Positions 36,132-47,108 of a DNA stretch of 64,000 nucleotides are shown piece by piece. Below the pieces are notes generated by a model. It was given only the letters and a program-made list of their open reading frames with translations. It was not told the origin of the DNA and did no database searches. Position numbers and translations under genes: made by a program. The stretch is from Lachnospiraceae bacterium (lineage in GTDB: Bacteria > Bacillota > Clostridia > Lachnospirales > Lachnospiraceae): the NCBI GenBank assembly GCA_009774215.1, contig VSNH01000002.1:7062-71061 (forward strand), written 5' to 3'. Every line of letters starts with the position of its first letter. Position 1 is the stretch's first letter.

Positions 36132-36911
36132 ATGCTGGTACTGATGAAAACCGAAGTTTGGAAACTGAAGCGGTATCACATGATCTGGGCGGGCGTTCTC
36201 CTGATGCTGCTGTCCGTCTTACTCACCGTGTTCTCCACCACCGCCCTGGATGGAACCGTTTGGACCTTCTCCTTTTTCGCGGAGCAGGTTATGAAAAACA
36301 ATATCACAACGATTTTCCCCATGTGCATCGCTTTGATTACCGGATATATCATCAGCCGGGAGGGAACGGACGATACGCTGAAAAACATCCTGACGGTTCC
36401 CCTGTCCTTTCCCGCTCTGCTGTTTGGCAAGCTGATCGTCTGCGGACTGCTTTCCCTGTTTCTGGGGATGGTCAGCACGATATTCACTGTGGCCGCAGCC
36501 CTCCTTTTGGGCTTTCCCGGAGGCGATTTGCCGGCGATTCTACAAGCCGCGGCGCAGATCACGCTGAACTGCCTGTTCCTCTATATCGCAGTCCTGCCGG
36601 TCATTGCCATAGCCGCCCGTATCCCAAGCGGGCACCTGATTGGAGCGGTCGTCGCCTTTGTCTATGGCTACGGTGGAATGTTCGCGGCAGGAAATATGAC
36701 CTTGGCGAATTTGTATCCCGTGACCGCAAGTATGGGGCTGGTAGGATACCGCAGCTATGATAAGGGCGTACATTGGAACCCGCTGATTTGTATATTCAGT
36801 TTGCTGGCCGCGCTGCTGGTTTCCGCCGCTTTTGTGGCGACTACGAAAAAGGGCGCAGCCGTAAAGAAGGCAAAAAAGCCCAAACGGGTCATCACGAAAA
36901 AAGGTTGGTAA
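36132..36911 (+). CDS. ABC-2 permease (BcrB/LanG-like)
   Basis: TEVWKLKR start, multiple TMs, REGTDDTLKNIL. Confidence 0.85.
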   Translation: MLVLMKTEVWKLKRYHMIWAGVLLMLLSVLLTVFSTTALDGTVWTFSFFAEQVMKNNITTIFPMCIALITGYIISREGTDDTLKNILTVPLSFPALLFGKLIVCGLLSLFLGMVSTIFTVAAALLLGFPGGDLPAILQAAAQITLNCLFLYIAVLPVIAIAARIPSGHLIGAVVAFVYGYGGMFAAGNMTLANLYPVTASMGLVGYRSYDKGVHWNPLICIFSLLAALLVSAAFVATTKKGAAVKKAKKPKRVITKKGW

Positions 36912-36963
36912 GGAGTGTCAAATAAGTATGAAGAAAAAGTGAAAATCGTAATGGGCGCCGCCT

Positions 36964-37500
36964 TTGTATGATATAAATGGTTCGCCAGTGGATTTTGAAG
37001 TAGCGGAAATTGCCGCTTATGACACAGTTTTCCTGCGTCACACAAGGGGTGCAACAGCACTTCTGCCTTTGGAAACCATAAAAGAAGTTTTGGGGTGGGA
37101 GGACGGTTATAGCGAAATTCTGATTGAACCCGCCCCAAACAGTACAACAGGCAATCTTATTTCTGAACTGAAAAATGCTCTTGATAACGGAAAGTACCGG
37201 GTATCGGAGGTTGTCAATGAAGCGCAGATAGCCGCCGATGCAAGGCAGAAATCCATGCCTTTCTTTCTAATCAGCTTCTTTTCATTAACTATGAGTATTT
37301 TTATCATTTACAGCAGCTATAAAGTCATTACCTTAGACCGTTTACCGATCATTGGCACATTCCGCAGTATCGGCGCGACAGAAAAGACCGTAACCCGTAT
37401 TCTGCTTTTGGAAAGCCTGTTTTACGGCTGCACAGGCGGGTTGATTGGTATTCCTATTGGTACACAGCACCCGATGAGCCCGTATGGCAGGATAACGTGA
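36964..37500 (+). pseudogene. Internal fragment of FtsX-like ABC permease
   Basis: RLPIIGTFRSIGAT..LLESLFYG motif; lacks both ends. Confidence 0.7.
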
Positions 37501-37584
37501 CCCTGCCCACGGACTGGACTAAGGCACAGGACAAAATTTCAGGGGCTTTTTTATACACTTGTTTGAAAAACAGCCGTTCACGGC

Positions 37585-38490
37585 TTATTCCTGAAACTTC
37601 GGATCCTTCAGCAAATCCTCCATCAATTCCTTATAGACAGCGGGCCGATAGTCCGTCTTGCCGTTAATCAGGGCGTTTGGCTCGAATTTTTCGCGGGATG
37701 CCAGCGTCAGGTCTATCGTTGCGGTGTACATCTTGTTCTGGATCGCCTTCGGGTCGGTGAAGGGATAGCCCGCAAAATACTCCGCCTCCCAGAAGTTGGT
37801 GCTGGGGCCGATGATGCTGGCGCCGCCCCAGAATACGTTGTAGAGGTCTTTCCCGGCAAGATTGGAGGAGACAATATAAATCTGGTTGGTGATGACGCCC
37901 GCCTCCAGCGTGGTGGAGCCCAAAGCGATACCGTGGCATTTTGCCAGCGCGGTGCAGTTGATGTATAAGCGGCAGCCTTTAGCCGCATAGTAGCGCATCA
38001 GCTCTTGGAAACAGTAGGAATCATAGCAGATGCCGAGCGCGACTGGGCCCCACGGGGTCTCGAAAATAAAAGGCTTGTCCCCGCGTGTTGCCCAGTGAGG
38101 CTCCGGATAGGGAAGGTGAATCTTTCTGTAGGAGCCGATGATTCCTTTGGGGCCGCATACACAGGCGGCATTGTAGATGACATCGCTCTTTTCGGCATCT
38201 CTCTCAGGGAAGCCGTAGGCGACATAAACACCGAGTTTTTTTGTAAGCTCCGCAATTTTTTCGGACGAGGGGCCGGGCACTGTCTCGGCCAGTTTATACT
38301 GCATTTTTTCTTTCAGAGGCTTATCCTCCTCGTCGTCATATCCCGTCAACCCCATCTCGGGAAAAACGATCAGATTGGAACCCTCTGCAGCTGCGGCTTC
38401 TATGTAGCCGGCCATTCGGTTCAGATTGGCTTCTTTGTCACCCCACTTTGCGTTAAAGGCAACGGTCGATACTTTCATAATGTCTTTCAT
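37585..38490 (-). CDS. Carbon-nitrogen hydrolase (nitrilase superfamily)
   Basis: E-K-C triad: VFPE, YRKIH, ICYD. Confidence 0.92.
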   Translation of the reverse strand: MKDIMKVSTVAFNAKWGDKEANLNRMAGYIEAAAAEGSNLIVFPEMGLTGYDDEEDKPLKEKMQYKLAETVPGPSSEKIAELTKKLGVYVAYGFPERDAEKSDVIYNAACVCGPKGIIGSYRKIHLPYPEPHWATRGDKPFIFETPWGPVALGICYDSYCFQELMRYYAAKGCRLYINCTALAKCHGIALGSTTLEAGVITNQIYIVSSNLAGKDLYNVFWGGASIIGPSTNFWEAEYFAGYPFTDPKAIQNKMYTATIDLTLASREKFEPNALINGKTDYRPAVYKELMEDLLKDPKFQE

Positions 38491-38808
38491 CTTGTCCTCT
38501 TTTCTGCGCGGCTTTGCGTTTTTTTCGACCCGGACTGCGGATGCTGCACTGACACAACCCCGGTGTGTTGTATAAAAAGAAAAAGCACAAAAATGTGTGA
38601 AAATCACATCTTTGTGCTCTGTTGGGGCAAATTATAGCACTTGGATTTTGAATTTGCAACCGTGTTTTTAAAATTTTTTCGGATCATTTTTCCGATATGG
38701 TGATCTGGCGAAATTTTCTTGTGTCTTTTTTTACAAAATTTCTTTTCGTTATCTGTCAAATGTGATATAGTATAAGAGAATGTGGGGTAAGAGTGTACAA
38801 AGGAGCCG

Positions 38809-39732
38809 ATGAAGATGGATGCGGAGCAGGATGCGCATTTTCAGTTAATGAAACGGCTGCTCGTTATTATTCCGCTTTCCGCGATACTGATTCTGTTAAT
38901 TCTCTGCGTGGTTCTTGGCGTGAATCTCTATGAGGCCAAACAGGAGCTGCGTGCGCTCCGCGAGCAGGCGGTCCCCGCGATGGCGGTGGGACAGGCATCC
39001 GATTCCGGGGAGCAGAGCGGGGAATTGTATACGGCTTCCGGTGTGGATGAGTTTCGGCGTGACGCGTCCGATGCGGACGGCACGGTGTCCGATACGGAGG
39101 ACGGAATCAGAAAGGTGTACCTTACCTTTGACGACGGGCCAAGCAGCAATACCGGTAAGATACTGGATATTCTGGCAGAGTATGATGTGAAGGCGACTTT
39201 TTTTGTGGTCGGGAAAGAGGAAGAAAGATATCAGCCGTTATACAAAAGAATTGTGGAGGAGGGGCATACGCTGGCGATGCATTCCTACAGCCACAAATAT
39301 AATGAAATTTATCAGTCGAAAGAAAGTTATGTGGAGGATCTGACGAAGCTGCAGGAATTTCTCTACGATACGACGGGTGTCTGGTGCAGGTACTGCAGAT
39401 TTCCGGGAGGCAGCAGTAATACGGTAAGCCGTGTGGACATGCATGAACTGATAGGCTATCTGGAAGAGCAGGATATGAGTTATTTTGACTGGAATGTGTC
39501 TTCGGGAGACGCTTCGTCAGCTTACATCAGCCCGGAGGCCATAGTCAGAAATTCGACGGCTAATCTGGGGGAATTTCACGAGGCGATGATATTGCTGCAT
39601 GATGCGTCCGATAAGGATTCGACGGTGGAGGCGCTGCCGAGGCTGATCGAGCAGATTCAGGCGATGGAGGATACGAAGATCGTGCCGATCACAGATGATA
39701 CGGGGGCGATTCATCATATAAGTAACGATTAA
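38809..39732 (+). CDS. Membrane-anchored polysaccharide deacetylase (NodB/CE4)
   Basis: TFDDGP, HSYSH, RFPGG, LLHD. Confidence 0.92.
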   Translation: MKMDAEQDAHFQLMKRLLVIIPLSAILILLILCVVLGVNLYEAKQELRALREQAVPAMAVGQASDSGEQSGELYTASGVDEFRRDASDADGTVSDTEDGIRKVYLTFDDGPSSNTGKILDILAEYDVKATFFVVGKEEERYQPLYKRIVEEGHTLAMHSYSHKYNEIYQSKESYVEDLTKLQEFLYDTTGVWCRYCRFPGGSSNTVSRVDMHELIGYLEEQDMSYFDWNVSSGDASSAYISPEAIVRNSTANLGEFHEAMILLHDASDKDSTVEALPRLIEQIQAMEDTKIVPITDDTGAIHHISND

Positions 39733-39750
39733 AGAATGGAGGATTAGGGA

Positions 39751-40716
39751 ATGGGATTTTTTTCGGATTTGAAGGACGACTTATCCCAGGCGGTTAATGA
39801 ATTGATGCCGGAAGAAGAGCTGGAAGCGGCTCTGGCGGCGGATGGACAAGCCGGGGAGCAGGTTTCTGCGGATGCAGAGTTGGAAACACCCGCCACAGAG
39901 GAAACGCTCGCGTCCTTGGATTTGAGCGGAATGTTGGATAAAATAGAGGAGATGGGAGCGCCCGGTCTTGCAGATGTACCCGAGCCGGAAGAGGCGCTTG
40001 TGGAGGAACCGTTGGAAGAAGAGGTTCTGGAGCCGGAACCGATTGTGGAAGAGACGGCTGCAGAAGAACCTGTAGCGCTGGAAGAAGCAGTAGTAGAAGA
40101 ACCGGCCGAAGAGGAGGCCGTAATAGAAGAAGAGGAGGCAGAAGCTGTAATGGCAGAGGAAATTTTAACAGAGGCGGAGACGCCTGTGGAAGAGAAAGAT
40201 GAGAATAGCGGAGGAAAAGGAAAGACTATGGAAGTGCAGGCAAATCGTGTGGCAGTAGACGAGACGGCGGTCGTGACGGAAGGCATGACAATAACGGGTG
40301 ATATTGTATCAGAGGGCTCCATGGAACTGATCGGTACCGTAAACGGTAATCTGGATATTCTGGGTAAGCTGAATATCACAGGTACGATTCAGGGCAACTC
40401 CAAGGCGGCTGAGATCTATGCAGAGGGCGCGAAGATTACCGGTGAGGTGAACAGTCTGGGCAGCGTGAAGATCGGACAGAGTTCCGTAGTGATCGGTAAC
40501 ATCACGGCTACCAGCGCGGTAGTGGCAGGCGCTGTCAAGGGCGATATCGACGTGCAGGGTCCGGTTATTCTGGATACCACAGCGATTGTGATGGGCAATA
40601 TCAAGTCTAAATCCGTACAGATCAACAATGGCGCGGTGATTGAAGGTATGTGTTCTCAGTGCTATGCGGATGTGAATCCGACATCCTTCTTCGAGGAGTT
40701 CAAGAAGAAAAAGTAA
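39751..40716 (+). CDS. Bactofilin-like polymer-forming protein with acidic N-terminal region
   Basis: C-terminal beta-helix repeats (ITGDI..VNGNL..IQGN..VKGDI..GAVIEG). Confidence 0.8.
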   Translation: MGFFSDLKDDLSQAVNELMPEEELEAALAADGQAGEQVSADAELETPATEETLASLDLSGMLDKIEEMGAPGLADVPEPEEALVEEPLEEEVLEPEPIVEETAAEEPVALEEAVVEEPAEEEAVIEEEEAEAVMAEEILTEAETPVEEKDENSGGKGKTMEVQANRVAVDETAVVTEGMTITGDIVSEGSMELIGTVNGNLDILGKLNITGTIQGNSKAAEIYAEGAKITGEVNSLGSVKIGQSSVVIGNITATSAVVAGAVKGDIDVQGPVILDTTAIVMGNIKSKSVQINNGAVIEGMCSQCYADVNPTSFFEEFKKKK

Positions 40717-40747
40717 ATCCGGCCATGCAGAGGAGAGCGGTATAATT

Positions 40748-41443
40748 ATGAAGCGTATACTCTTGAAGTTAAGCGGAGAAGCCCTTGCGGGCGAGAAAAA
40801 GACGGGGTTTGACGAGGAGACGGTGCGGGGCGTTGCGCTGCAGGTGAAACAGCTTGTGGATGACGGTATTCAGGTGGGTATCGTTATCGGCGGCGGTAAT
40901 TTCTGGCGTGGCCGTTCCAGCGAGAACATCGACAGGACGAAGGCGGATCAGATCGGTATGCTGGCTACGATTATGAACTGCATCTACGTGTCTGAGATTT
41001 TTCGCTCCGTGGGCATGATGACGTCGATTTTGACTCCTTTTGAGTGCGGCTCCTTTACGAAGCTTTTTTCTAAAGACAGGGCGAATAAATATTTCCTAAA
41101 AAACATGGTGGTCTTTTTCGCGGGAGGTACGGGGCATCCCTATTTCTCTACGGATACGGGTGTAGTGCTCCGGGCTGTCGAGGTGGACGCGGATGTGATT
41201 CTCCTTGCGAAAGCGGTGGACGGCGTCTATGACGATGATCCGCGGAGCAATCCGGACGCGAAGAAATATGATGAGGTTTCGATTGACGAGGTGATCGCGA
41301 AGAACCTCCAGGTGGTAGATATGACGGCTTCCATTCTGGCCCGGGATAATAAAATGCCTATGTGGGTGTTCGGACTCAATGAGGAGAACAGCATTGTCAA
41401 TACCGTCAAGGGGAAATTTAACGGCACAAAGGTAACAGTATAG
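40748..41443 (+). CDS. pyrH: UMP kinase
   Basis: KLSGEAL, GGGNFWRG, FSTD. Confidence 0.97.
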   Translation: MKRILLKLSGEALAGEKKTGFDEETVRGVALQVKQLVDDGIQVGIVIGGGNFWRGRSSENIDRTKADQIGMLATIMNCIYVSEIFRSVGMMTSILTPFECGSFTKLFSKDRANKYFLKNMVVFFAGGTGHPYFSTDTGVVLRAVEVDADVILLAKAVDGVYDDDPRSNPDAKKYDEVSIDEVIAKNLQVVDMTASILARDNKMPMWVFGLNEENSIVNTVKGKFNGTKVTV

Positions 41444-41533
41444 CAGATTCAGACCTTACGGTCAGAATCGCAAGAATTACTGCGTAATTCTTGAAGGTAT
41501 TGGGTTGTGATGTATGTGATGGAGGATTACAGT

Positions 41534-42085
41534 ATGGACGACAGACTGAAGCCTTATGAGGAAAAGATGCAGAAGTCTTATGATTTTCTGATGAACGATT
41601 TGGGAACGATTCGTGCCGGACGCGCGAATCCCCATGTCCTCGACAAGATTAAGGTGGATTATTACGGGACGCCCACACCGATTCAGCAGGTGGGCAATAT
41701 CACGGTTCCCGAGGCGAGGATTCTGCAGATTGCACCTTGGGAGAAGAGCTTGATCAAGGAGATTGAGAAGGCGATCATGGCGTCGGATGTGGGAATCACG
41801 CCCAGCAACGACGGTTCTCTGATCCGCTTGGTATTCCCGGAGCTTACGGAGGAGCGCCGTAAAGAGCTGGTGAAGGATATCAAGAAGCGGGGCGAGGAGA
41901 ATAAGGTGGCAATCCGCAATACCAGACGGGACGGCAATGACGCGCTGAAAAAGCTGGCGAAATCCGAGGTTTCCGAGGATGAGATCAAGGAGCTGGAGGA
42001 GAAGCTGCAGAAGCTGACCGACAAGTTTATCAAGGAAGTGGATAAGCTGGTGGAGGAGAAGTCAAAAGAGATTTTAACGGTTTGA
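41534..42085 (+). CDS. frr: Ribosome recycling factor
   Basis: IRAGRANP, LTEERRKEL. Confidence 0.97.
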   Translation: MDDRLKPYEEKMQKSYDFLMNDLGTIRAGRANPHVLDKIKVDYYGTPTPIQQVGNITVPEARILQIAPWEKSLIKEIEKAIMASDVGITPSNDGSLIRLVFPELTEERRKELVKDIKKRGEENKVAIRNTRRDGNDALKKLAKSEVSEDEIKELEEKLQKLTDKFIKEVDKLVEEKSKEILTV

Positions 42086-42231
42086 TATTTAGAGGGGCTT
42101 ACAGAATGGACGATTCTGTTGCCCCCTTTCCGTTTCGTGGTTTACATAATGTACTTTTTGCGGTTTTCTCCAACAATAAGTTTACATGAGTGGAAACGGC
42201 ACGAATGGAGACAGGAAGGGTGGAAAATAGT

Positions 42232-42960
42232 ATGGCTGATAGGACGGCGGAGGGAAAAAAGATGCCGCAGCATGTAGCGATTATCCTGGACGGCAACGGC
42301 AGATGGGCGAAGAGTAAGGGAATGCCCCGAAATTATGGGCATGTGCAGGGTGCGAAGACCGTGGAGGTGATCTGCGAGGAGGCTTACCGCATGGGGATTC
42401 AGTACCTGACGGTATACGCTTTCAGCACGGAAAACTGGGATCGGCCGGCGGACGAGGTGGACGCGCTGATGGGGCTTCTCAGAAATTATATGAAAACCTG
42501 TCTCAAGACGGCGGCAAAAAATAACATGTGTGTCCGTGTGATCGGGGATAAGTCCCGGTTGGATGAGGATATCAGAAAACGGATCGGGGAGCTGGAGGAG
42601 GCCACAAAGGAAAATACGGGCCTGCACTTCCAGATCGCCATCAATTACGGCGGCAGGGACGAGATTGTCCGCGCCGTAAGGAAGCTGGCTGACCGGGTAA
42701 AGGATGGGACGCTTGCGCCTGAGGAAATCACGCAGGAGCGGCTTGGGAATGCGCTTGATACGGCGGGCATCCCGGAGCCGGATCTTCTGATAAGAACCTG
42801 CGGCGAGCAGCGGATTTCCAATTTTCTGCTCTGGCAGCTTGCCTACACAGAATTTTATTTTACGCCTGTGGCTTGGCCCGATTTTTCAAAAGAAGAATTG
42901 GAAAAGGCGGTGGATGCATATAATAAGAGGGACAGACGCTACGGTCTGGTGAAAGAATAG
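42232..42960 (+). CDS. uppS: Undecaprenyl diphosphate synthase (start uncertain)
   Basis: ILDGNGRWA, FSTENW, RISNFLLWQ. Confidence 0.95.
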   Translation: MADRTAEGKKMPQHVAIILDGNGRWAKSKGMPRNYGHVQGAKTVEVICEEAYRMGIQYLTVYAFSTENWDRPADEVDALMGLLRNYMKTCLKTAAKNNMCVRVIGDKSRLDEDIRKRIGELEEATKENTGLHFQIAINYGGRDEIVRAVRKLADRVKDGTLAPEEITQERLGNALDTAGIPEPDLLIRTCGEQRISNFLLWQLAYTEFYFTPVAWPDFSKEELEKAVDAYNKRDRRYGLVKE

Positions 42961-42971
42961 GGGGCGCCTGT

Positions 42972-43820
42972 ATGTTTCGTACAAGATTACTGAGCGGTAT
43001 TGTTTTGGTGGCGGCTGCGCTGGGGGTGCTGCTCAAAGGCGGCGCGCTTCTGGCGGTGGTGCTTTTTCTGGTTTCCGTGATTGCCTATCAGGAGCTGACG
43101 GCGGCCTGCAAGGTGCGCGGGGAGGAAATGACGCCAAGCGCGCCGGTTATTGTGGGCGGCGTGATGACGGTTGTATATTATGGGGCGGTCTGCCTCGCGT
43201 TGGCAAGGGATCTCAGCGCGGTTTTTCCGGCTATGGTGATAGCAATCGTGGCGGCTTTTCTTGCCTTTTTGTTTGTCTATGTCTTCACTTTTCCGAAATA
43301 TCATGCGAACCAGATCATGTCGGCCATGTTTTCTTTTCTCTATGGTCCGGTGATGCTGTCTTTTCTCTATCTGCTCAGAGAAGGGCTTGACGATGGTATT
43401 TATCTGGTGTGGTTCGCGTTTCTCGCCTCATGGGGGAGCGATACCTGCGCCTACTGTGTGGGCGTGCTGATCGGAAAGCACAAGATGACGCCGAAGCTGA
43501 GTCCGAAAAAATCTATAGAGGGCGCGGTGGGCGGTATTTTGGGTGCGGCGCTTTTGTTTGCCCTATACACCCATTTTGTGATTAACCAATATACCGCGAT
43601 GACGTTATCGCTGCCGCTTGCGGCGGGATTGGGCGCGGTGGGTGCGCTTGTTTCCATGGTGGGGGATCTGGCGGCTTCGGCGGTAAAAAGGGATCACGAG
43701 ATTAAGGATTACGGCAAGCTGATTCCGGGACACGGCGGGATTATGGACCGTTTTGACAGTGTAATTGTGGCGGCGCCGATCGTGTTTCTGGGTATTGTGC
43801 TGTCCACGGGCATTCTGTGA
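42972..43820 (+). CDS. cdsA: Phosphatidate cytidylyltransferase
   Basis: SPKKSIEG, KDYGKLIPGHGGIMDRFDS. Confidence 0.96.
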   Translation: MFRTRLLSGIVLVAAALGVLLKGGALLAVVLFLVSVIAYQELTAACKVRGEEMTPSAPVIVGGVMTVVYYGAVCLALARDLSAVFPAMVIAIVAAFLAFLFVYVFTFPKYHANQIMSAMFSFLYGPVMLSFLYLLREGLDDGIYLVWFAFLASWGSDTCAYCVGVLIGKHKMTPKLSPKKSIEGAVGGILGAALLFALYTHFVINQYTAMTLSLPLAAGLGAVGALVSMVGDLAASAVKRDHEIKDYGKLIPGHGGIMDRFDSVIVAAPIVFLGIVLSTGIL

Positions 43821-43871
43821 GAAACGGCAGGTTTTGCAGCGGAGGATACGAAAGAAAAGAGTGGAGAAAAC

Positions 43872-45020
43872 ATGAAAAAAATAGGAATTTTGGGTTCCAC
43901 GGGTTCTATCGGAACACAGACGCTTGACATTGTCAGAAAAGAAAAGGATTTGGAGGTCGTGTCCCTGGCGGCAGGCTCCAACGTATCGCTCCTGGAGGCG
44001 CAGATCAGGGAATTTCGGCCAAAAATCGCCGCGCTCCGGGAGGAAAAGGCGGCGGCGGATCTTCGGACGCGAGTACAGGATCTGCCTGTCCGCATTGTGA
44101 GCGGTATGGAGGGGCTGTTGGAAGTGGCTGCGGCGGAGGAGATGGAGGTATTGGTTACCGGCATTGTGGGTATGATCGGTATCAAGCCTACCATAGCGGC
44201 CATCGAGGCGGGGAAGGACATTGCCCTTGCCAATAAGGAGACGCTGGTGACGGCGGGACATATCATTATGCCGCTGGCAAAGAGAAAAGGCGTTTCAATT
44301 CTGCCTGTGGACAGCGAGCACAGCGCGATTTTCCAGTCGATGCACGGGGAGAATCGGGCGCGGGTGGAAAAGATTCTGCTCACGGCGTCCGGCGGCCCTT
44401 TCAGGGGAAAGAGCAGAGAAGAGCTGGCGGATATGACGGTGGAGGACGCCTTAAAGCACCCCAACTGGTCTATGGGGAAGAAGGTGACCATCGATTCCGC
44501 ATCGCTCTGCAACAAGGGGCTTGAGGTGATGGAGGCGAGGTGGCTCTTTGATGTGTCGCTTTCGCAGATTGAGGTGGTGGTGCATCCCCAGAGCATTCTG
44601 CACTCTGCGGTGCAGTACGCGGACGGCGGGGTTATGGGACAGATGGGTGTGCCGGACATGAAGCTGCCCATTCAGTATGCGCTGTTTTATCCGGACAGGC
44701 GGCCTATGGATATTGGAAGAGTAGACTTATGTAAACTTGGAAGTCTGACCTTTGAGAAGCCTGACACAGAGACCTTTCAGGGGCTTGCGCTGGCCTATCG
44801 GGCGGCAGAGAGGGGCGGATCGCTTCCCACCGTATTCAATGCAGCAAACGAGAAGGCGGTTGCGTTGTTTTTGGATAAGAAGATTCGGTTTCTGGAGATA
44901 CCGGAGCTGATCGGGGCCGCTATGGATGCCCATCAGGTGACGGAAAATCCGACCGTGGAGGAGATTCTGGCGGCGGAGACGGAAACCTACGAGTATATCA
45001 AAACGAAGTTTGGAGAGTAG
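43872..45020 (+). CDS. dxr: DXP reductoisomerase
   Basis: GSTGSIG, LANKE, PVDSEH, HPNWSMG. Confidence 0.97.
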   Translation: MKKIGILGSTGSIGTQTLDIVRKEKDLEVVSLAAGSNVSLLEAQIREFRPKIAALREEKAAADLRTRVQDLPVRIVSGMEGLLEVAAAEEMEVLVTGIVGMIGIKPTIAAIEAGKDIALANKETLVTAGHIIMPLAKRKGVSILPVDSEHSAIFQSMHGENRARVEKILLTASGGPFRGKSREELADMTVEDALKHPNWSMGKKVTIDSASLCNKGLEVMEARWLFDVSLSQIEVVVHPQSILHSAVQYADGGVMGQMGVPDMKLPIQYALFYPDRRPMDIGRVDLCKLGSLTFEKPDTETFQGLALAYRAAERGGSLPTVFNAANEKAVALFLDKKIRFLEIPELIGAAMDAHQVTENPTVEEILAAETETYEYIKTKFGE

Positions 45021-46110
45021 CGATTTGATCAGGACAATTATTCTATTTATCATTGTATTTGGAGTGGTAGTGATTTCTCACGAGCTGGGGCATTTTCTGA
45101 TCGGCAGGAGAAACGGTATCCGCGTGGTGGAATTTTCCGTGGGAATGGGGCCGACGCTGTTTTCCTTTGTGAAACACGGCACGAAATATTCTTTAAAGCT
45201 TCTGCCGCTCGGCGGTGCATGTATGTTTGACGGCGAGGACGGCGTGGAACGGGAACAGGAGCGGGAGCAGGAAACCGGGACTGCGGATAAGCCGGAGGGA
45301 ATCGCCTTTACCGAGGCGGGCGTCTGGTCGCGGATTGCCACGGTTTTTGCAGGGCCTTTCTTCAATTTTATTCTGGCTTTTGTGGTCGCGGTGATACTGA
45401 GCGCGTTTTCCGGGGCAGACCTGCCGACGGTGGGTACGGTACAGGAAGGCTCCGCGGCGGCGGAGGCCGGCCTGCAGACAGGAGATGTGATCACGAAAAT
45501 CGGACGCGAACCGATCCATTTTTATCGGGAGGTCTCCATGATCTCCGCTCTGAACAAGGGGGAGGAGATGGAGATCACCTACAGGAGAAACGGGGAGAAG
45601 GCCGTGACTACGCTTTTCCCGAAGTATGATGAAAATGACAAGCGTTATTATATGGGAATAACCAACGGCGGAGAGTATCTTCGGTGCAATCCTTTGCAGG
45701 TGTTCCAGTATGGCTTCTATGAGGTGGAATACTGGGTGAAGATCACTTATAAGAGTCTGCGGATGCTTGTGCAGGGGCAGGTGACGAAGGATGATGTGTC
45801 GGGGCCCGTGGGCATCGCGCAGCTTGTGGGGGAGAGCTATGACGCGGCGGAGGAAAACTACGGCACGCCATACGCCATTCTGACCATGCTGGAGATTGTG
45901 GTGCTTTTGTCCGTCAATCTGGGCATCATGAACCTTCTGCCGCTGCCAGCGCTGGACGGCGGACGGCTTGTGTTCATGTTCGTGGAGGTGCTTCGGGGCA
46001 AACCCGTGCCGCCGGAGAAGGAGGGCATGGTGCATTTCGCTGGGCTTGTGGTGCTGATGGTATTGATGGTGTTTATTATGTACAATGATATTATGAGGCT
46101 GGTGCGTTAG
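45010..46110 (+). CDS. rseP: RIP metalloprotease RseP
   Basis: HELGH, PDZ region, NLLPLPALDGG. Confidence 0.95.
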   Translation: MESSDLIRTIILFIIVFGVVVISHELGHFLIGRRNGIRVVEFSVGMGPTLFSFVKHGTKYSLKLLPLGGACMFDGEDGVEREQEREQETGTADKPEGIAFTEAGVWSRIATVFAGPFFNFILAFVVAVILSAFSGADLPTVGTVQEGSAAAEAGLQTGDVITKIGREPIHFYREVSMISALNKGEEMEITYRRNGEKAVTTLFPKYDENDKRYYMGITNGGEYLRCNPLQVFQYGFYEVEYWVKITYKSLRMLVQGQVTKDDVSGPVGIAQLVGESYDAAEENYGTPYAILTMLEIVVLLSVNLGIMNLLPLPALDGGRLVFMFVEVLRGKPVPPEKEGMVHFAGLVVLMVLMVFIMYNDIMRLVR

Positions 46111-46391
46111 TGCCGGCCTTTAATGTTATGTGCCGGCATGCATACGGATTTCATAGCGTGTGGGCGTTCCGTTTTTTTGCTTGCGATTCTTCAAAAGCTG
46201 TAGTATGATAGGCGTATCGGGTTCTGTTCTTGAATCCGTAAATAATTACAGGGCGGGAATCCCGCGTTTTTCCGATTTTATATGATAGTAACGTGTGTTA
46301 TTAATGGAATGCCGGACAAAACGGGTTGTCAGGAAAAGAAGAGCCGGGCCGGAATGACAGGCGGCGGCAAAAAGGGAGGTGCGTTTGGCGC

Positions 46392-47108
46392 GTGCGGTAT
46401 TGGACAAATGTATATTGGAACAAGGGCAGGGAAGCCGAAAAAAATCAGGATTCGGTGGCGCTGCAGCAGGTGTTGACGAGCAAGGGGCGTGTGCTTTTGG
46501 CGGTGGTGTGCGACGGCATGGGCGGGATTGCTCGAGGTGAGGCCGCCAGCGGTTATGCGGCGGAAAGACTCAGAGAATGGTTTTATACGGAGCTGTTTGC
46601 CATGATGCGGAAAAATAAGCGGTATTGGGTACTGCGAAGGTCTTTGGACAGGATGGTGTTTCACATGCAGGGGCAGCTTGCACAATATGCCGGGCGGGAG
46701 GAACTTTCGCTGGGAACGACCATGACAGCGTTTCTGGTGTGGGAAAGGACATGGCTGTTATGGCATTTGGGGGACAGCAGGGCGTACCGTCTGCGGGAGG
46801 AACGAATAGAGCAGCTTACGGAAGACCATGCGCAGGATGGCGGAAAACTGACGAAATGTCTCGGCAGTTTTGGCTATTTTACACCCCAGCACGGAATGGG
46901 CGTGTTAAAGCCGGGGGATGGGATTCTTATCTGCACGGACGGATTCAGGCGGCGCGTGACCGGGGAGGAATTGCAGGCGGTGATGAATCCCCGGGCCCTT
47001 TCGGGGGAGGAGCAGATCGGGCGGCGGCTTAAGGAGATCGGGGAGACGTGCATGAAGCGGGGCGAGACGGATAATCTCTCAGCGGTTTACATAAAGGTGG
47101 GGAAGTAA
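46392..47108 (+). CDS. PP2C-family Ser/Thr phosphatase (intact motifs)
   Basis: NQDS, VCDGMGG, GTT, GDSR, CTDG, TDN; GGAGGT before GTG 46392. Confidence 0.9.
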   Translation: MRYWTNVYWNKGREAEKNQDSVALQQVLTSKGRVLLAVVCDGMGGIARGEAASGYAAERLREWFYTELFAMMRKNKRYWVLRRSLDRMVFHMQGQLAQYAGREELSLGTTMTAFLVWERTWLLWHLGDSRAYRLREERIEQLTEDHAQDGGKLTKCLGSFGYFTPQHGMGVLKPGDGILICTDGFRRRVTGEELQAVMNPRALSGEEQIGRRLKEIGETCMKRGETDNLSAVYIKVGK

